DNA of 64,000 nucleotides, taken from positions 18,352,001-18,416,000 of the forward strand of contig CM022670.1 of assembly GCA_012295275.1 (NCBI GenBank), given 5' to 3'. This document shows positions 14,801 to 29,875 of the stretch, one piece after another (position 1 is the first letter of the stretch; each line of letters begins with the position of its first letter). Both the position numbers and the translations under genes were made by a program. The stretch is from Chrysomallon squamiferum. Lineage: Eukaryota > Animalia > Mollusca. The notes beneath the pieces are model-generated. The model searched no databases and was not told the DNA's origin. It saw nothing but the letters and a program-made list of their open reading frames with translations.

Positions 14801-17800
14801 AATTTTATTCAAGTTTATTCTTAATTGTTATTTTTTAGGTTCCAAGGGTTAATTGCATTTTTTAAATATTGGTACACACCACAAAATTACTTGTATTTCA
14901 CTATTACCTGTTATAAAATTTGCATTTTTTAGTTGCAGTTATTTTTTTTTTTTTTAAATATCATAGTTATTATTAATTTTCAGCAACCTGCTGGAACAAA
15001 CAACTTGTGGGAATTGGTATCAGTGGTCAAAGATGATGACAATTTAGTACTTTCACCAGCTTATAAGACTGGAATTGTTCATGTAAAACATCTCACAATT
15101 TACAAAGCGGTAATTTTTAAGTTTTTTAACTATGTAAATTTTAAAATGTTCATAGGTTTTTCAGGATGGAAAAGTAATGTTAATTACCGAATTATTTGTT
15201 ATAAATTTTATCATTTATTATTATTTTAAACATAGTTTAAAAAACTGTAAGAAGAGAACACTTACTCAATATTTATGTAAAATAGCAGTAGTTTTAAATA
15301 GACATTTTTTTCAATTTTATATTTGATGTGTTTGATTTTTATTTTTTAAATAATAAATGAAACAGATAGTCTATATCAACTAACATTTTACATCATTAAT
15401 TACATAATAAATCACCTTTGGTAACAGTTAAAATTTATTTTTTCAGAATCATTGATTTTTAAAATTAAATTATTTATTCATTTATTTATGTTTTGATTAT
15501 AATTCATAATTATATTTTATTTTTCACTGCAGTCTGAAGCACGAGAATTGGAGATGATAAAAATGTCTAAATTTGGTGGTGGCATTGGTGCTCCCTCAAA
15601 AGAAGATCAGCTGAGAGAGGCAGCTAATATTCACCTAAAAGTTGGCAATGTACAGCGTTACTGTGAACTCATGGTTGAGCTTGGCGAGGTAAATTGGAAC
15701 ATATATTAATTAAGCATTTACAAAAGAAAAACCAGCAGGAAATGTCAGTTGAAAGAGACATTTTTCAGTGGAGACTATAAGTCTCTTTGTTTTGTGTGTT
15801 TGTTTATTGTTAACATTTTACTTTTATTCTTATTATTATTTACATTGCTTATTTTTTCTATCTGTTGTCAGTGGGAGAAAGCTATTTGTGTTGCACCAGC
15901 AGTGTCACTAAATTATTGGAAGTCATTAACTCAGAGGTGAGCAAAATGAAAAATATAATTTTAAAACTTAATATTTAATAGTAATTTGGGCATCCTATTG
16001 ATTTATAATAGTTAAAATGTCAAATTTATATACTGTTTATACCAAAACTTTTTAATGAATCTTGTAATGTAACATTTTCAAAAACAAAAGTACTGAAAAT
16101 ATTTTATTTAAAAAAAATCTTTTTAATTTGTTCTTTTCATTTTGATATATGTAGATGTATTTGTACAGATATGCTAACAGTTTTATGCAAGAAGACAGAG
16201 ATGAAACTGTGGTTCTTGACATTGCTACTGGCAATGCTAAACAGCTGGTAGAATTCTTCAGAGCACGTGGTCAGCTGTCAGATGCTATGATGATAGCACA
16301 AGTTGCTTGTGAAGGATTGCTTCCACAGATTGCTTCTTCTAGTGGAGCTAACAATGTCCTCATCAATGGATATGATTCAGATTCTGAAGAAAATATGAAG
16401 TAGGTTGACAAATGATTATATTTTGAAACATATATTTGAGTTTAATGAGTTTTTCTGAAATCTGATATATGACTACAAGATAAAGTTTCTCAGTAGATAA
16501 TGATATCCAGAATGTTTTAAAAATTTGAAATCTATTTCTGATTTGTTCAGATTATTACAACAGACAAGTGATGAATTAGCAGACTGGTATTTTAGAAATG
16601 GCCTTCCAGCCATGGCAGCCTGCTGTCATTTAGCTGTCAATGATTGTCAGGTAAACTGAGGTTTTTATTTATTTATTTATTTATTTATTACTTTTATACA
16701 TATTTTGGAATCTGAATTTATCCAGTTTTATAATTTTTTATTTTATTATTTTTTTCAATTATTATTATTATTTATTTAATTATTATTTAATTTTTTTTTT
16801 AAAATATATTTCTTATAATATATTTATATAAAATGTTATTTTAGATAAAGTACAACTTCTACAAATTCATATTTTCAAATCGGGACAATTTCTTTTTCTG
16901 AATTTATTAATCTTTTTACAGGTCATTATCTATTTTTTATTATTCACTTATGCCGAAAATAATTTAATTACACTTTTAACAGTGCATTTCTTGTGAATAA
17001 AATAATTCTTTGCAGAAAGCCATGTCCAAACTGATTCAAGGGAATGAGTTGGAATTAGCTGTCAGTATTGGGACAGTTTTGAACAGTACTCCAGAACATT
17101 TACACTACTCTATTGAATGTTTATCTCGAAGATGTGAAGAACTAGGCAGATGGTGAGTTCCATTTGTTCATATTGCTAGATAGTCCAGACATACATTATA
17201 ACTTGGGTTTAATATCATTTTGATAAACCATCATGCTCCTAAACTAATTTAGCATGTTTTGAAAAAAAATTACTAACTTTATATAATTTAAAATTAGAGA
17301 GACATGATTTCAGTCATATATTTTGTACATCATACTATATATGATTAATCTTTTAGATCCACCATGTTGTTTAGCATCAACATAAAATACAGCTTTTTTT
17401 TAAAACATGAATAAGGAATGAGTTTAGGAGTATAATGAAATGGTGTTTTGTGAATTTGGAAATTGTTATCGGCAGCATTATTGTTCCCTAAATGTTTTAA
17501 TCAGATTGGTTTTCTAATAATAATGAATCATCTACCAAATAAACTTCAAAAATGTATTATTTTATTTTGTTTTTTATGAATAGTGTGCAAATGAGCAACA
17601 TTTTTCTTTGTTGTAGGGACCTGGCTGTAGATTTGTTAAAGTTAATTCCTGATAATAAACTATTACTAGCTCACCTGTGTGCACGTTGTGCTGGCAGCAT
17701 GGATGAGATTAACTATCTTCACAAAGCTGTAAGTTTTTGTATATTGACTGTATATCAGTATTTATTATACATAAGTCATTCATAATATTTTGTTTGTTTT

Positions 17801-20689
17801 GTTAGAATGTTTTTTTTTTTTATTTGGGCTATTTTATGGTTGTTGTTTTTGTTTTTGTCTTTGTTTTTTTTTGTTTTTTCTTCTGTTTTTTTCCTGGCTA
17901 TAACTCTGTGGGTTTTATTATTATGATGTGATTCAAAACACATTTTTGTTATTTGATGTAGGCTGGGTTTCCTACCATGGATGAATGTTTTGAGGAGGCA
18001 GAGAAGCTGTGCACAAAAGTAAATCCGTTTGAGTGCTGTATGTATTATGTCATGTCAGTGTCTCCAGAGAAAGGCTTGAGAATTGGCTTGGAGAAAATTA
18101 AAAGTAAGACTACTAGTATTGTCATTTATTTTTATTTTTTTTAAGTATATATGCAATGAATTTGTAGCATAACAAATAAAAAAAATTTGTCTTTTGTCTG
18201 TATTTAAAGAAATCTTTAGAACAATACATAATTTAAAGCTTTAAAATTTTATATATATTTTGCAAACTGTAATATATAAAATTAGCTTATTAATTGGTAT
18301 TTGTTATTTTAGTTTTTGTGAAAAGATGAGATATATTTTTAGTTATTACTTTCTAGGTTTTTCTGAGATTTACTATTTATAAATATATTTTTGTCATGCA
18401 TTAGGCATATAGTTCTTATTGTATCTATTTCTTTTTGTTATTTATTTATTTATTTATTTAATTGCATTCTATATCCTGAACAGATCCTGTTAATTTAAAT
18501 TATTTTATTCTCATATAGGTGATATGAAAGCAGAATTCTGGACAGTTAACGATGTCTGGGATTATCTTCTACTTTTGTCATGTATAAGAACAGGAAAACT
18601 GCAACATAACACAAGGTAAAATATTTAGTTTGTCTAAAATATAACTGAACCAGAGATTCAGACAATGAAGGTGTTAATGACTTTTTTTTTTATTTTTTTT
18701 TTTAAATTTGATAATAAATTATTTCGCTATTTTTGAGATTTTGTGTAAACTAATTGTTATTTTGAAGAGAAAAATACTTTCTTTTTATATATGTAACCTT
18801 TTTCATTCTAACTGAAGATAAATTTTTAGATGAATTTTTATTAAAAGATAATAATAATAATAATAATTTGTTTTATTTATCTTTCAGTATAATGTATGAA
18901 CTGTTGATCCTTTGTGCGTATATTGGAGCACTGGTAGCTATACGTCGTAAATACTATAGCATTGTACCAGCACTCTTCAATCATGCAAGGTTAATATTTT
19001 ATCTTTGTTTTGGGGAATAATTTTTTTTAATTATTTTTTCTAATTTTAATTTTTTTTAATATTGTTGTTGTTGTTGCCGCTATTATTATTATTATTTTTT
19101 TTTTTTTTTTTTTTTGGTGTTAATTAATTTTTAAAAGAAGAACCATAATATAGCAATGTTACTATTATGCACTTTCCATTATCTCGGCTTTTCCAATGAT
19201 CACTGATACAGTCATTCTTGAGTAGCAGCAGACAGAGAGAGGACCCTCAGACAGCTTTTAAGTAGATTTCTAAGAATATATCTTGATTATGTTCTGCACA
19301 CATAACATGTACGCTTTCAGTAGATCATTTATTTAACTTTATCTCTGACAAACTTCATGGAAATCTATAATTGTGAACATGGTTTGTTTGTTTGCAAATG
19401 ATATTGAACACTACTCTTTGTTATGGTAATGGCTGTTGCTGTTTGAGGGAATCAGGACATGTCAACCAAATGCTGCCTTCTGATTGGTTGAGAGCATTTG
19501 TTTACCTTATTTATAAACTATGTGAATGCTTTTGTTGTTACTCTAATTCTGTTTCCAGTGATTTTATTTACATTTCTCTTTTATATGTTTTTAAGGAGAT
19601 ATAGGCATTTTTGTCAGGGTTTTTTCACTCTGGATCACAGTATTTGGCCAGTTGACATAATAAAACAATAGAAAAATATTGGCAAGTTTTCCAGCATCTC
19701 AAATTGACATTTTCTTGTATCTTGGAGTTGAATATTTTTGTAACATACCTACATAATATAACAACAAATGTTGGTTTCTTCTCTTATATTGTTAAGTTTC
19801 ACTATCATTCATTTTTATTTTTATGTTATTGCAGGTTTTTATTGCAGAAGGACAAAGTGAATGTTCCACTGTCAGATTACCAGTTGAAGTCTGAACTTGA
19901 TGCTTGGAACACAGTGCATAAAAATACTCAATCTGGGTAAAATGAAATATGTTTATACCATTGTTTTCTATTTTTTTAAAACATATTTATAAGATAATTG
20001 TTCCTAATGCTATAATTCTGAATGATACAGTTAAAATCTTTTTAACTGAAACATCTTGGATTTGAATAAAATGTGCATAATATAAATTCTTACTTTTTAT
20101 GTTTTTTAATTTTGAATTAAAACAAACATTCTGCTTTTATTTTTAAATCAGCAGTGAAGGTTTAACAGCTACTGGTCAGGGTGATGATCTTTATAAGAGT
20201 TTAATGATGCGTTTGGGCACAGAAACTTCACCAATAGAACTGGGACCAGATTGTGTTGCTAGTTCTCATCTTCCATCACATTCTGATGTCCATGTCTCTA
20301 TTATCACTGGCCAAAGAATCCAGGTATGTATTTCATTGAATAAAATCTTAATTTTGGTTAATTAATAATCTTTGAGATGTCAAGAATCATTTATGTTTTC
20401 ACAGATAATTATTGATATGAAACTGTTGATAATTTTGTTGAAGTAATTACTGTTTTTATGAGGTAAGAAAAAAGTTAAATTGTTATTTTATTTTATTTAT
20501 TTGTATATATTCTTCTTTAAATATTTACCTAAGTAAGAACATTACGTCATTGTACATTTTTTTTTTCAGGGCCTGGCATACTTCTTGGAAGATGGAAAAT
20601 CTGCTGTTTCCATAAATGAAGCTCTCATGTGGGCAAAAGTGAACCCATTCTCACCTTTGGGATCTGGCATGAGAATTAACCCATTTTGA
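8888..20689 (+). CDS. WDR17: WD repeat-containing protein 17, 26 coding exons, ~1278 aa
   Basis: Exons 8888-9004, 9294-9708, 10090-10341, 10467-10777, 11070-11183, 11618-11764, 12366-12448, 12736-12822, 13196-13284, 13568-13643, 13786-13988, 14171-14320, 14494-14624, 14984-15109, 15533-15688, 15872-15936, 16169-16399, 16551-16650, 17016-17152, 17617-17728, 17962-18103, 18519-18615, 18888-18989, 19835-19936, 20152-20323, 20570-20689. All introns are GT-AG with consistent phases; total 3837 nt. The N-terminus MVKQVGLLSAGCQPWNHDVCAASKDRFAYCSTLAIYIYQ and C-terminus WAKVNPFSPLGSGMRINPF match WDR17, with multiple GH...WD repeats. Probable 5'UTR exons end at 5835 and span 8352-8470. Confidence 0.96.
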
Positions 20690-22629
20690 TCTGTTTCACC
20701 TAAATGAAGAATGGTCATTTATAAATGCTGTTATCACAACTTCAAAATTTGATGAAGATTGGAATTTAAATCAAATGTTAATGTGGAAATGACTAACTGC
20801 CTCAGTGTACAATCTGCTCATTATGTAAAAGTTTAATCACAGTATTTTGTAACATAAATGAGCATAACTTTAATTTTATTTGGATTAGTTTAATGTTCTG
20901 TCATTTGATTTTTGGATTTCTTTTTTTTCAATTTGTTTTGTTTTGTTATTGTTCATATTATATTATGTATGTCTATAACCGTTAAAAAAAAAAATACAAA
21001 TATGTAATTTATTTTATATATTTATGTGCTTAAAATTGATGTTCCTTTATTTTTTTAATATGAAAGTTCCCCATAATTTAAATCAGTATATGTATATGTG
21101 ATTGAGTATATAGTTTTTTATGCTCTGCAGAAAATAATATTTATATATTTTATTTTGAATTGCTTTTTCTAAGGTCTTTATATTTATATTACTATAGCAG
21201 TCTCACGGGTAGTTGAGAGTGAATATGTATCTGAAAAAAAGTGATTTTCTCACATCAGCAGTTTTCTTGTGTTTTTGGTTGAACTTTTGATATTTGTGAA
21301 CATTCCACTCATCCAAACTTATGTACTTATTTATTTATTTATTATTTTTGTTCAGTAAGCTCATCTGTGATGGTAACTTAGCATTTTACTTATTTTGTAT
21401 GAAGTTAACTTTTATTCTTTTTTCTAGCTATCTTAAGTTTCTTTTTATTTTGCCAGTTTAACATATTAACATACATTCTGAATACATTTTGTGCATGAGT
21501 GCATTAAGTTTATACGTTATTAGTTTTTCTGTTTCCAAGTCAAATAATTTGATCTATCATTCCGTTATATTTTGGTTATTTATATTTTTAATGTGCTTTG
21601 AAGGTTTCTGACAAAAGTCAGTTTGTGAAAACCTTTACCACTGCCAGTAAAGTTTATTTTTACATTTCTTTACAAATGTATTGTTGATACAGATCTTTTT
21701 TATTTGTAATGTTGGTAGCTTTTGTTATTTATGTAGTAGAGAAGTGATAATTTTAATTAATCTAATGACTGTGTAAAATAATTTTTTAAATTTGTATTAA
21801 TTACAATTGATATGTGTAATTGTATAGATCTACACTGTTCAGTGTTTCTTTAATCATTGTTTTTTAATTTTGTTAAAAACCTTTGAATTCATATTCATAA
21901 GCTTGGCATTAAGATTTTGCTTATATAAAGTTAAATTATATCAATAATATATTTTTTATGAAGTTGGTCTTAGATCATCTTAAAACAAGAGAAATCTTTA
22001 TTATGTTTCTTGCCATTTTGAACAAGATTAGTTCTCAGTCAGCTAAAGAATCTTAAAAGGTATATGGAGTATTTACTCACTAAATATCCAGATTTTTTAA
22101 GCCAAGTAGGTACAATATTTTTGGGATCTTCAATTATTAATGATTTTGTTGTTGTGATTCATTTCTTACAAGTTTAACCTTTTAACTAGTTATTTTTCAT
22201 TATTATTTTATATTCAAAATAACATTATGTAAACTTCACAATATTATTAATTCTTTTTTTTTTCTAAATATTTCACTAAATTATGAATTAAAAATATCCA
22301 TGAACAATGATATTAATATTGCAATATAAAATTTTATGTGCATTGTCATTAGAAATAAAGAAAAATACATCAAAATCAATTTTTTTAAAGTAGTTTAAAT
22401 TGTTTGGTGAGGTAAAAATATATTACTTACATTGAAGTGCCTCTTTGCTAAATTATGTTTTAAACCATAAACAAAGTTTACATGTAATTTTAGTTTATAT
22501 TTACCCAGCAATTTATTCTTTAGGTAGTGGTCCAAATTGATATGCATAATTATTTTTCATTTTTTTATTTCTTTATTTTTTATTCAATTTTATTTTATTT
22601 ATTATTATTATTTTTTTTTTAATATTCAT

Positions 22630-23333
22630 ATTCTTATGAATAATGAAAAGGTATACTTCATTGTGACAATCATAATTTATTCAAAACCATAACTGGAATT
22701 GGTAATGGAAAACAATTACCAGTTCTTGCAGAAAGAACAAAATAAAACTGGATTCATAGGGCATAACATTTTCATAAATTTCAGTATTTTTGTAGCAGTG
22801 AGTGTTTGTTAATTTTGCTAAAATTTGCCTTTATATTAAGATGCTTATTTTTTGTTATAATTATTTTCATTATATTTATGAACTTGGGGGTGCCCCAGTA
22901 GAGAAAAGGTAAAAATGTCTCAAAATTCAAAGCAGCAAGAAAATGTGCAAGTTTTTGCATGGATCCACCAATTTAGTCTTCAACTAATTAAATATTTAAT
23001 AATTGTTATTGTTTATTTACTTATTTATATTTTGTATTCTTGTGAATAATGAATAGATATAATTCATTGTGATAATCATCATTTATTTAAAACCATATCT
23101 GGAATTGGTAATGTAAAACAGTATTCAGTGCTTGCAGAAAGAAAACATTAGAGCATAATATTTTAATAAAAAGAGCATAATATTTTAACAAAAGTAGAGT
23201 ATTTCTGTTCCACTATATGTTTGTTAATGTTTTTTGGATTGCTTAGTTTTTGTTATATTTATATTAATCGTTGACGTATATATGTGTCAGTAGAGAAAAG
23301 GAAAACATGACTGAAATTCAAAGGAGCAGGAAA
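22630..23333. repeat. Diverged tandem duplication, two ~300-bp copies with ~400-bp period
   Basis: 22630-22943 and 23036-23333 share aligned blocks such as attctt(a/g)tgaataatgaa, aaaaccata(a/t)ctggaattggtaatg, cttgcagaaagaa and cagtagagaaaagg...aaattcaaag. Confidence 0.85.
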
Positions 23334-25852
23334 TAAGCTACAAGCATTCTTTAAAGTAGTCATAAATAAAAAAAATTGTAAATTTATGTAAGATTTATCC
23401 CATAAAAAATGTATTATGTGTTATTATCCCATAAAAATGTATTAGGTGTTATTTTTGTTACGTGAGTTGTTGTTGATAATATATTATGAATCATGGTTAT
23501 GGTATGAATTAATTGAAAATATTTCTCTGCTAACACTGTTATATTATTCTTTGAAAAGTATATTGTAGATAATGACATTGAAATACGTCTTTAAAAGAGG
23601 TGAGATATAGAAGTATGACAAATAATTAGAATTATTTAGAAATAATTTGTTGTCTTAAATATGACAGTTGGCTATCTTATGTCGTCATCTGTCATCAAAG
23701 GCCATTTTAAGTTTTCATGTCTGGGAGAAGATGCATATAAAAAGTTCTTTGATGCCAATGATCATATGATGATAATGAATTTTAACTTATATAATTATTA
23801 ATATTAAAACAAGTTTGGTGTCTAATAATAGATTTTTTTTTTTGTTTTAAATGTGTTGAGATGTTTAAAAAAAATATTACTTTATCATTCAACTTCAACT
23901 TTAAACTATTCATGTCAAATGAAGAGCTTACCACCCAAGTAAATATCTTGTAAGTTCTGACCATGTAAAACCAAAATTGTTTTTCTGTGGTTTTTGTCTT
24001 TTTTTATTACATTATATATAAAAATGGTTACTTTAACTTACAGAATCCAAACACAATATAAAACTTCAAGATAAAAAAAAAATAATAATAATAAATTAAA
24101 ACCATGTTTATTGTAACTAAAGTTTTAAATGGAGTTATGTAGTAAAATTTAAAAGCATTTTGTTTTCTGTAATTGAAGAAGAAATAAAGTTCTTTAAATT
24201 AATCTTTGTTGTTTGTGATGCATTGTAATAGTTCGCCAGCAGAAAAGCATAATATGTAGATGCAGCAACTGAGACATTTTTATTTTTGAATTTCTTTAAT
24301 ACAGTTGGTCTTTAAAAAATAAAGATCTAGCAAAGTATTTTTCATTTAATACTTTTCAAACTGCTAGCAGTAGTCTTCCAGGATGGTAGAATATTCTTTT
24401 CTTTTAAGAAAAAATTGTCATTTTCAGCTTTTCAGATACTGAAACATGTTAGAACATCAACATTCTGGTGGCATGAACAGTTTAAATGCATTTTGCATGT
24501 TTCAGAACATTTGATCAGTCTGTATGTGTTCCTTTTCCATTACAAACAGCGTCAATGAATGCTGTATCACAAATGTTAAATACTTATTCATTCTAAAGTG
24601 TGCCCCATGAACAAAATCTTGTTTCAATAACCCACACATAAATGATGCACTGTACAATTATAGAGAAAAATTGAATTTTTCAAAAAATAAGCTAATGCTA
24701 TTATTTTTAAATAAATATCCATTTTACAAACTACAATAAAAGTTTTAGGTTAAATTAAATTGTTTTTAGGGTAATGAATGTATAGTTTTTCATAATTGTG
24801 AAAGAGTGACATACCCGTGGTTATAAAAATGATCAGTTCATTTTTTTATTTTATTTTATATAGCTGTATCTATTTTAAGCACACAAAACAGGTATTGTAT
24901 ACACACAACAGTGCCTTCAAGATGAAATTTAGTGATTTGTCCATTTTATGTTTGTTTTTTATTTATTTTTTCTTCCCTCAATTATGTTCCTCTTTTTTTC
25001 TGTCTTTCTTTCTTATTATTTTTATATCATAATAAATACTTAACAAATAAAAACAAATTAAATCAGAAAAATAATTTATTTGAGCAAAGGATGCAGATTA
25101 AAAATATACAAAATACCTGTAATGTTGCATAAACAAAAAGGTATTTGATAAATTATGACCTCTTTTGCATATATTTAATACAAATTTATGAATCATGTGG
25201 TCTGGCATTATTTTCAAAATTACAGTATTTTACATTATATTATGAACTAAAATTTACCACTGAAATTTGACACTTGCATTAACATAAAATTTTTATAACA
25301 GTATAATCTAGAAATAAGTTAATTCTAATTAATTCATTATATACATATTAATATTTATGTTATGGATAATAAAAATATGACACTATCTTACATGTACATA
25401 CGTTTATAGATAAGCTAGTAAGATTATTTATTTTACTAGATGAAAATAAATTGTTGCAGTAAAACATTATTATCTGTTTTAGAGTAAATTATTAGGATTT
25501 AATCAATTTTTATCAGCAAAATAATAACATCAACAAAGAATTATTAAAAAATGTAGATGTTATTTCAAAGTTAATGCTTTATTCAACTTATAAAAAGTTC
25601 AGAATGTTTTTTATATCATTTTATTTTTTATTTTTTTTTTTTTTTTTCAAACATTTTATTTCTGTTATATCTGGTACAACTATACCAATCTGAATTGTAC
25701 AAGATTTTTATTATTATTACTTCCAAACATCAGTGGTTAATATTGGAAATCAAATTCATTTTTTGAAAACAGAAATTCAGTGGTATTTTCCACTTCAAGA
25801 ATCCACAAGTTGCTGACTGAATTGGTCTCTTGTAACAATTTATCTCTCTTAG

Positions 25853-28800
25853 TTAACAACCCTGTATGGGCATGTCAAACATCTGAGCTTTGTCCAACTG
25901 TTTGACATTTATCTCCTTAAATGAAATAGTAGACTCCTCCCTAATATTCTGACCTATAAAAAAGAGAACAAATACTAGCATTAAAAATAGTAATAATAAT
26001 AATAATAATAAAAGTAAAAACAACAACAGTAATGACAATAGCAACACTGAATTTATAAAATGTGACTTGTTTCTTAACACCTCAGTTATTAGAAGTCAAA
26101 CAATGATTTTTTTGGGGGGGGGGGGGATTCATATATCTGTTAAGCCATTAAAAAAATCTCCAAAGCCCCTTTCTTTTAATTTATTTATATGTTTGTTTGT
26201 TTGTTTGTTTTTATTGTTGTTTGTTTTGTTGATTTTTTTTTTTTCAGTTGGTGATAACAGATAATAAATTCACTTACTCATTTCTCTTTTATGTTTACTT
26301 TCCATGGTTTCGGTTCGGCTGGGAGGCATAATATCAGTGGTTTCACTTGACACAGGTGGAAGTCTGCGAATGCACTTCTCACCAACTGTTGGTTTAATGC
26401 TGAATCTGTCAGGATTTTCCTGTCTCTCCAGGCGTCTGTGTTCCACATGGTCAGTTATAATTTTCTGAGACTGAACAATAAAAAACAATAAATTCCATTA
26501 ATTTTAATTGTAAATCATGGATGAAAATATAATAAAAAATCATCATATTCATACAGAGATAGTATCTGTATTGATATGAACAAAATGAAGTACAAATCAC
26601 AATATTCAAACAGGGAATATTTTTTGTTCAGTTTCAGATGATTGTTTTCAACAGTAACAATAAAATAACAAACCCATGGTGATATATTTTCTCCTTTTTT
26701 CATCACACTCATTTAAAAATTGTATTTCTTTTTGTTCTTCTTTTTAAATAATAAAAAGAAAATCAATTTAATAAATGATTAATTCCTAATTCAGCAATTT
26801 TTATATTTCTGACATTTAAAATGGTAAATTAACAAATTATTTCACCTTTTGGGCATTGGTTATTAAACTAGGTTCTGCAATCACTTCTGTTATTCTCAGA
26901 TTATTCTTCACTGCTTTGGCAGCTGTGGAACGTGCATGCATAGGAAGCTTTGCTTGATATGCCCAGTCTGTGAAATCAAGCTCAGAATTTGGGGGCTTTT
27001 TTTTCACTCTGAGGAAAAAGAAACATTACAATGAAAATAAAATTTTAAAAAAGCCAATATGATGGAATACATCAATATATTTTTTAATTTAAAATTTGAA
27101 TGAAACAAATACAAAAAAAAAAAAAATAGAAAGGAAAAAATAATGCATAATTTAGTTTATAAAGGTAAAATTTAAGTTTTGTTCAGATTATTATTTAAGT
27201 TTTTTCTCTTCCACTGATTTTTATGTTTAATTCATTTTAATTAATAATCTTTCATAACAGCAAAATATAAAAATCAAAACTTTGAAATCTGGCCCATTTC
27301 TTTGTGGCTGATGATAATGTTGCAGATATCATGCACAAAACAATATTTTGAAACCATATCTTGTGTATTTAAGCTATTTAATTAGGCAATAGGTAAAATT
27401 ATTTGTTAATTTACTTAAATCTTATTTTAAAAAAATAGTAATACTTTTTTATTTTTTTTGTTTTTAAACTTACCTTCTGTTAGTCAATATTTCATACATT
27501 CTTTCAATTAACAAGGCAGATGCTCCTTCTTTACAGTGGATTGTTCCTTCAACATAGTCCTGGGGTATATCCAAATTGTGCCGTTTTATAAACTAAGCAA
27601 CAAAAACAAAGCATGAAAACAACTTGTGTAAGTACAAATATGTAGCAAATGTAAAGCTCATATGAGATGTTTTCTTGCAAACACAAACAGATTAAAAACA
27701 CTCCAAAAACACATACAGTAAATAAATAAATAAATAAATAAAAAGAATCATACAAGTTTGTTGCAAAATTATATTATTATTATCTTCCAAAATAAGTCTG
27801 AAAAAAAAAAAAATAAAATAAAATAAAAATTATGACAAAAGGAAAAAAAGAAAAAACCATCAAAACTTTTTACATAAATTTGGACAAATAAAATACTGTA
27901 TTCAAGAAGAATTTTACCAAACAAACTAATATTTCCAACAGAGAAACTGAACATTATTTTCTAAAAATTAAATTAAATTAAAAACAGAAAACAATATTTT
28001 AAAATAGCACATCTAGAAATTGGAAATTATTTTTAAGACAGATCCTTGCATATCCTCCATTAATATATATTAGTGCGGGTATTAGACCATTTATCTGGAA
28101 TCAAGATAACTGGCATTGGAAATGTATTAATTAGTATCTGTTATTTACAATTTTGTTCTTTGCATTTCTTTGTTTCTTTTATAGTTTAAATATATTTTAA
28201 GCCTTGGTCCAGAAAACAAGGGAATCCAGAAATCTTGCCAGATTAATGGTCTTTTATTTTTACACCAAATTAAAATACAGAGTAAGAAATAGGTCATTGG
28301 TTAGAGTCACTGACATTTTTTATCAAATACCAGTTGCGTGATTTTATATTCATTGATTCACCACTGTAGAATGAATGCATCTGTATATCCTGAGGGAAAT
28401 ACCAAGAAAAGATTTCTGCGACCAGGTAACCATTTGATAGATCCCTGAAAATAAAGGAAAAATAAATGTACCTAATAAAGCACATACATATCCTCTAAAG
28501 TTTATATTACATATGTAATATCTACATCATATAAATAAAATATAAATAAAATACTTATATTCACAAAGACAGATATATCTGAGTACAGACTATATTTAGA
28601 TGTGAAGAGGCCCTTAGTCCATACTTTACTTGTGCTAATCAACAATAATGTATAATAAGAGGCTCTGGTGCTACTTTTGCATGTGATCTATGCGATGCAG
28701 TGATCTACACCAAGTAAATTCTACTTTGGCATGTTATCTACCTGAACTAGTGATCAACACCATGAAAATTTACATGCTTATTTTAATTATTATTTTGTTT

Positions 28801-29614
28801 ATTCTTCTTTTTGTATTATATATTTATAATTTATCAATGAATTGAGTATAAAAGGTGAATAAGTTTATCAATGAATTCAGCAAACATCTGCTAGAAACAC
28901 AAGAAAATCTTTGGTCTGCAATCTATGCACTTATTTTAATTATTATTTTATTTATCCTTGGTTTTTTTATGATACATTTATTATTTATGTGAAGGCCTAA
29001 GAAGATTCAAATTTGAGCAAACATCTTCTAGAAACACAAGAAAACTATCTTCAGCATTGTTCCTTATCTGTAGGCATCAGAAACAATCTAGGTGTGACTA
29101 GAAGGTTCTTTGGTTCACTCCTCTCATCTTTTTCAAAATACAAATCTGTAGCCAACATCTTAAAGAGTTCTTTAGAAACTGAAAAGTAAATGACCAAATA
29201 GCCTGGAAATGATGTTCTTGTATATGTATCATAAAGTATTACTTCACCTGCCTGCTATAAACTGACATTTCCTGTTAAAGTTAAAGGAATATTGATCTTA
29301 TAAAGTGACATTTCCTTTATCCTTGCCCTTTAAGTTGTAGATCACACCCTAAAGTAGTTTCACAACACGTAGATCACATGCCAAAGTAGCCCCAAGGTTC
29401 CTTCTAACTGTAATGTGCTAAACAGTATGTTACAGTTAAAACCAGCCCTGTCTGTATATGGCATTATGAGATGTTATGCCTTAACTATGTTTTAAACTTC
29501 TCTTTTGACTAAAGAATATGGATATATCAAATGCCTGACATCCATATTAGACAATTAACCAATGGATTATAATGTAATAATAAAATCAGTTCTAATTTCA
29601 AATGCATAAGTTCT

Positions 29615-29649
<35 letters not shown>

Positions 29650-29815
29650 TACAATTATTAGAATTAATAAATTATTTAATCAAGTTAATGTCGTAAATCT
29701 TTAATGGACTGTATCGCATTGTGTCATGTGACATGTGGAAATTGTTTGTAACAAAATTTATTTATAAAACTGCAGCATGATGATGATGACGATGACAGTA
29801 ACAATGACGTTGACG

Positions 29816-29875
<60 letters not shown>

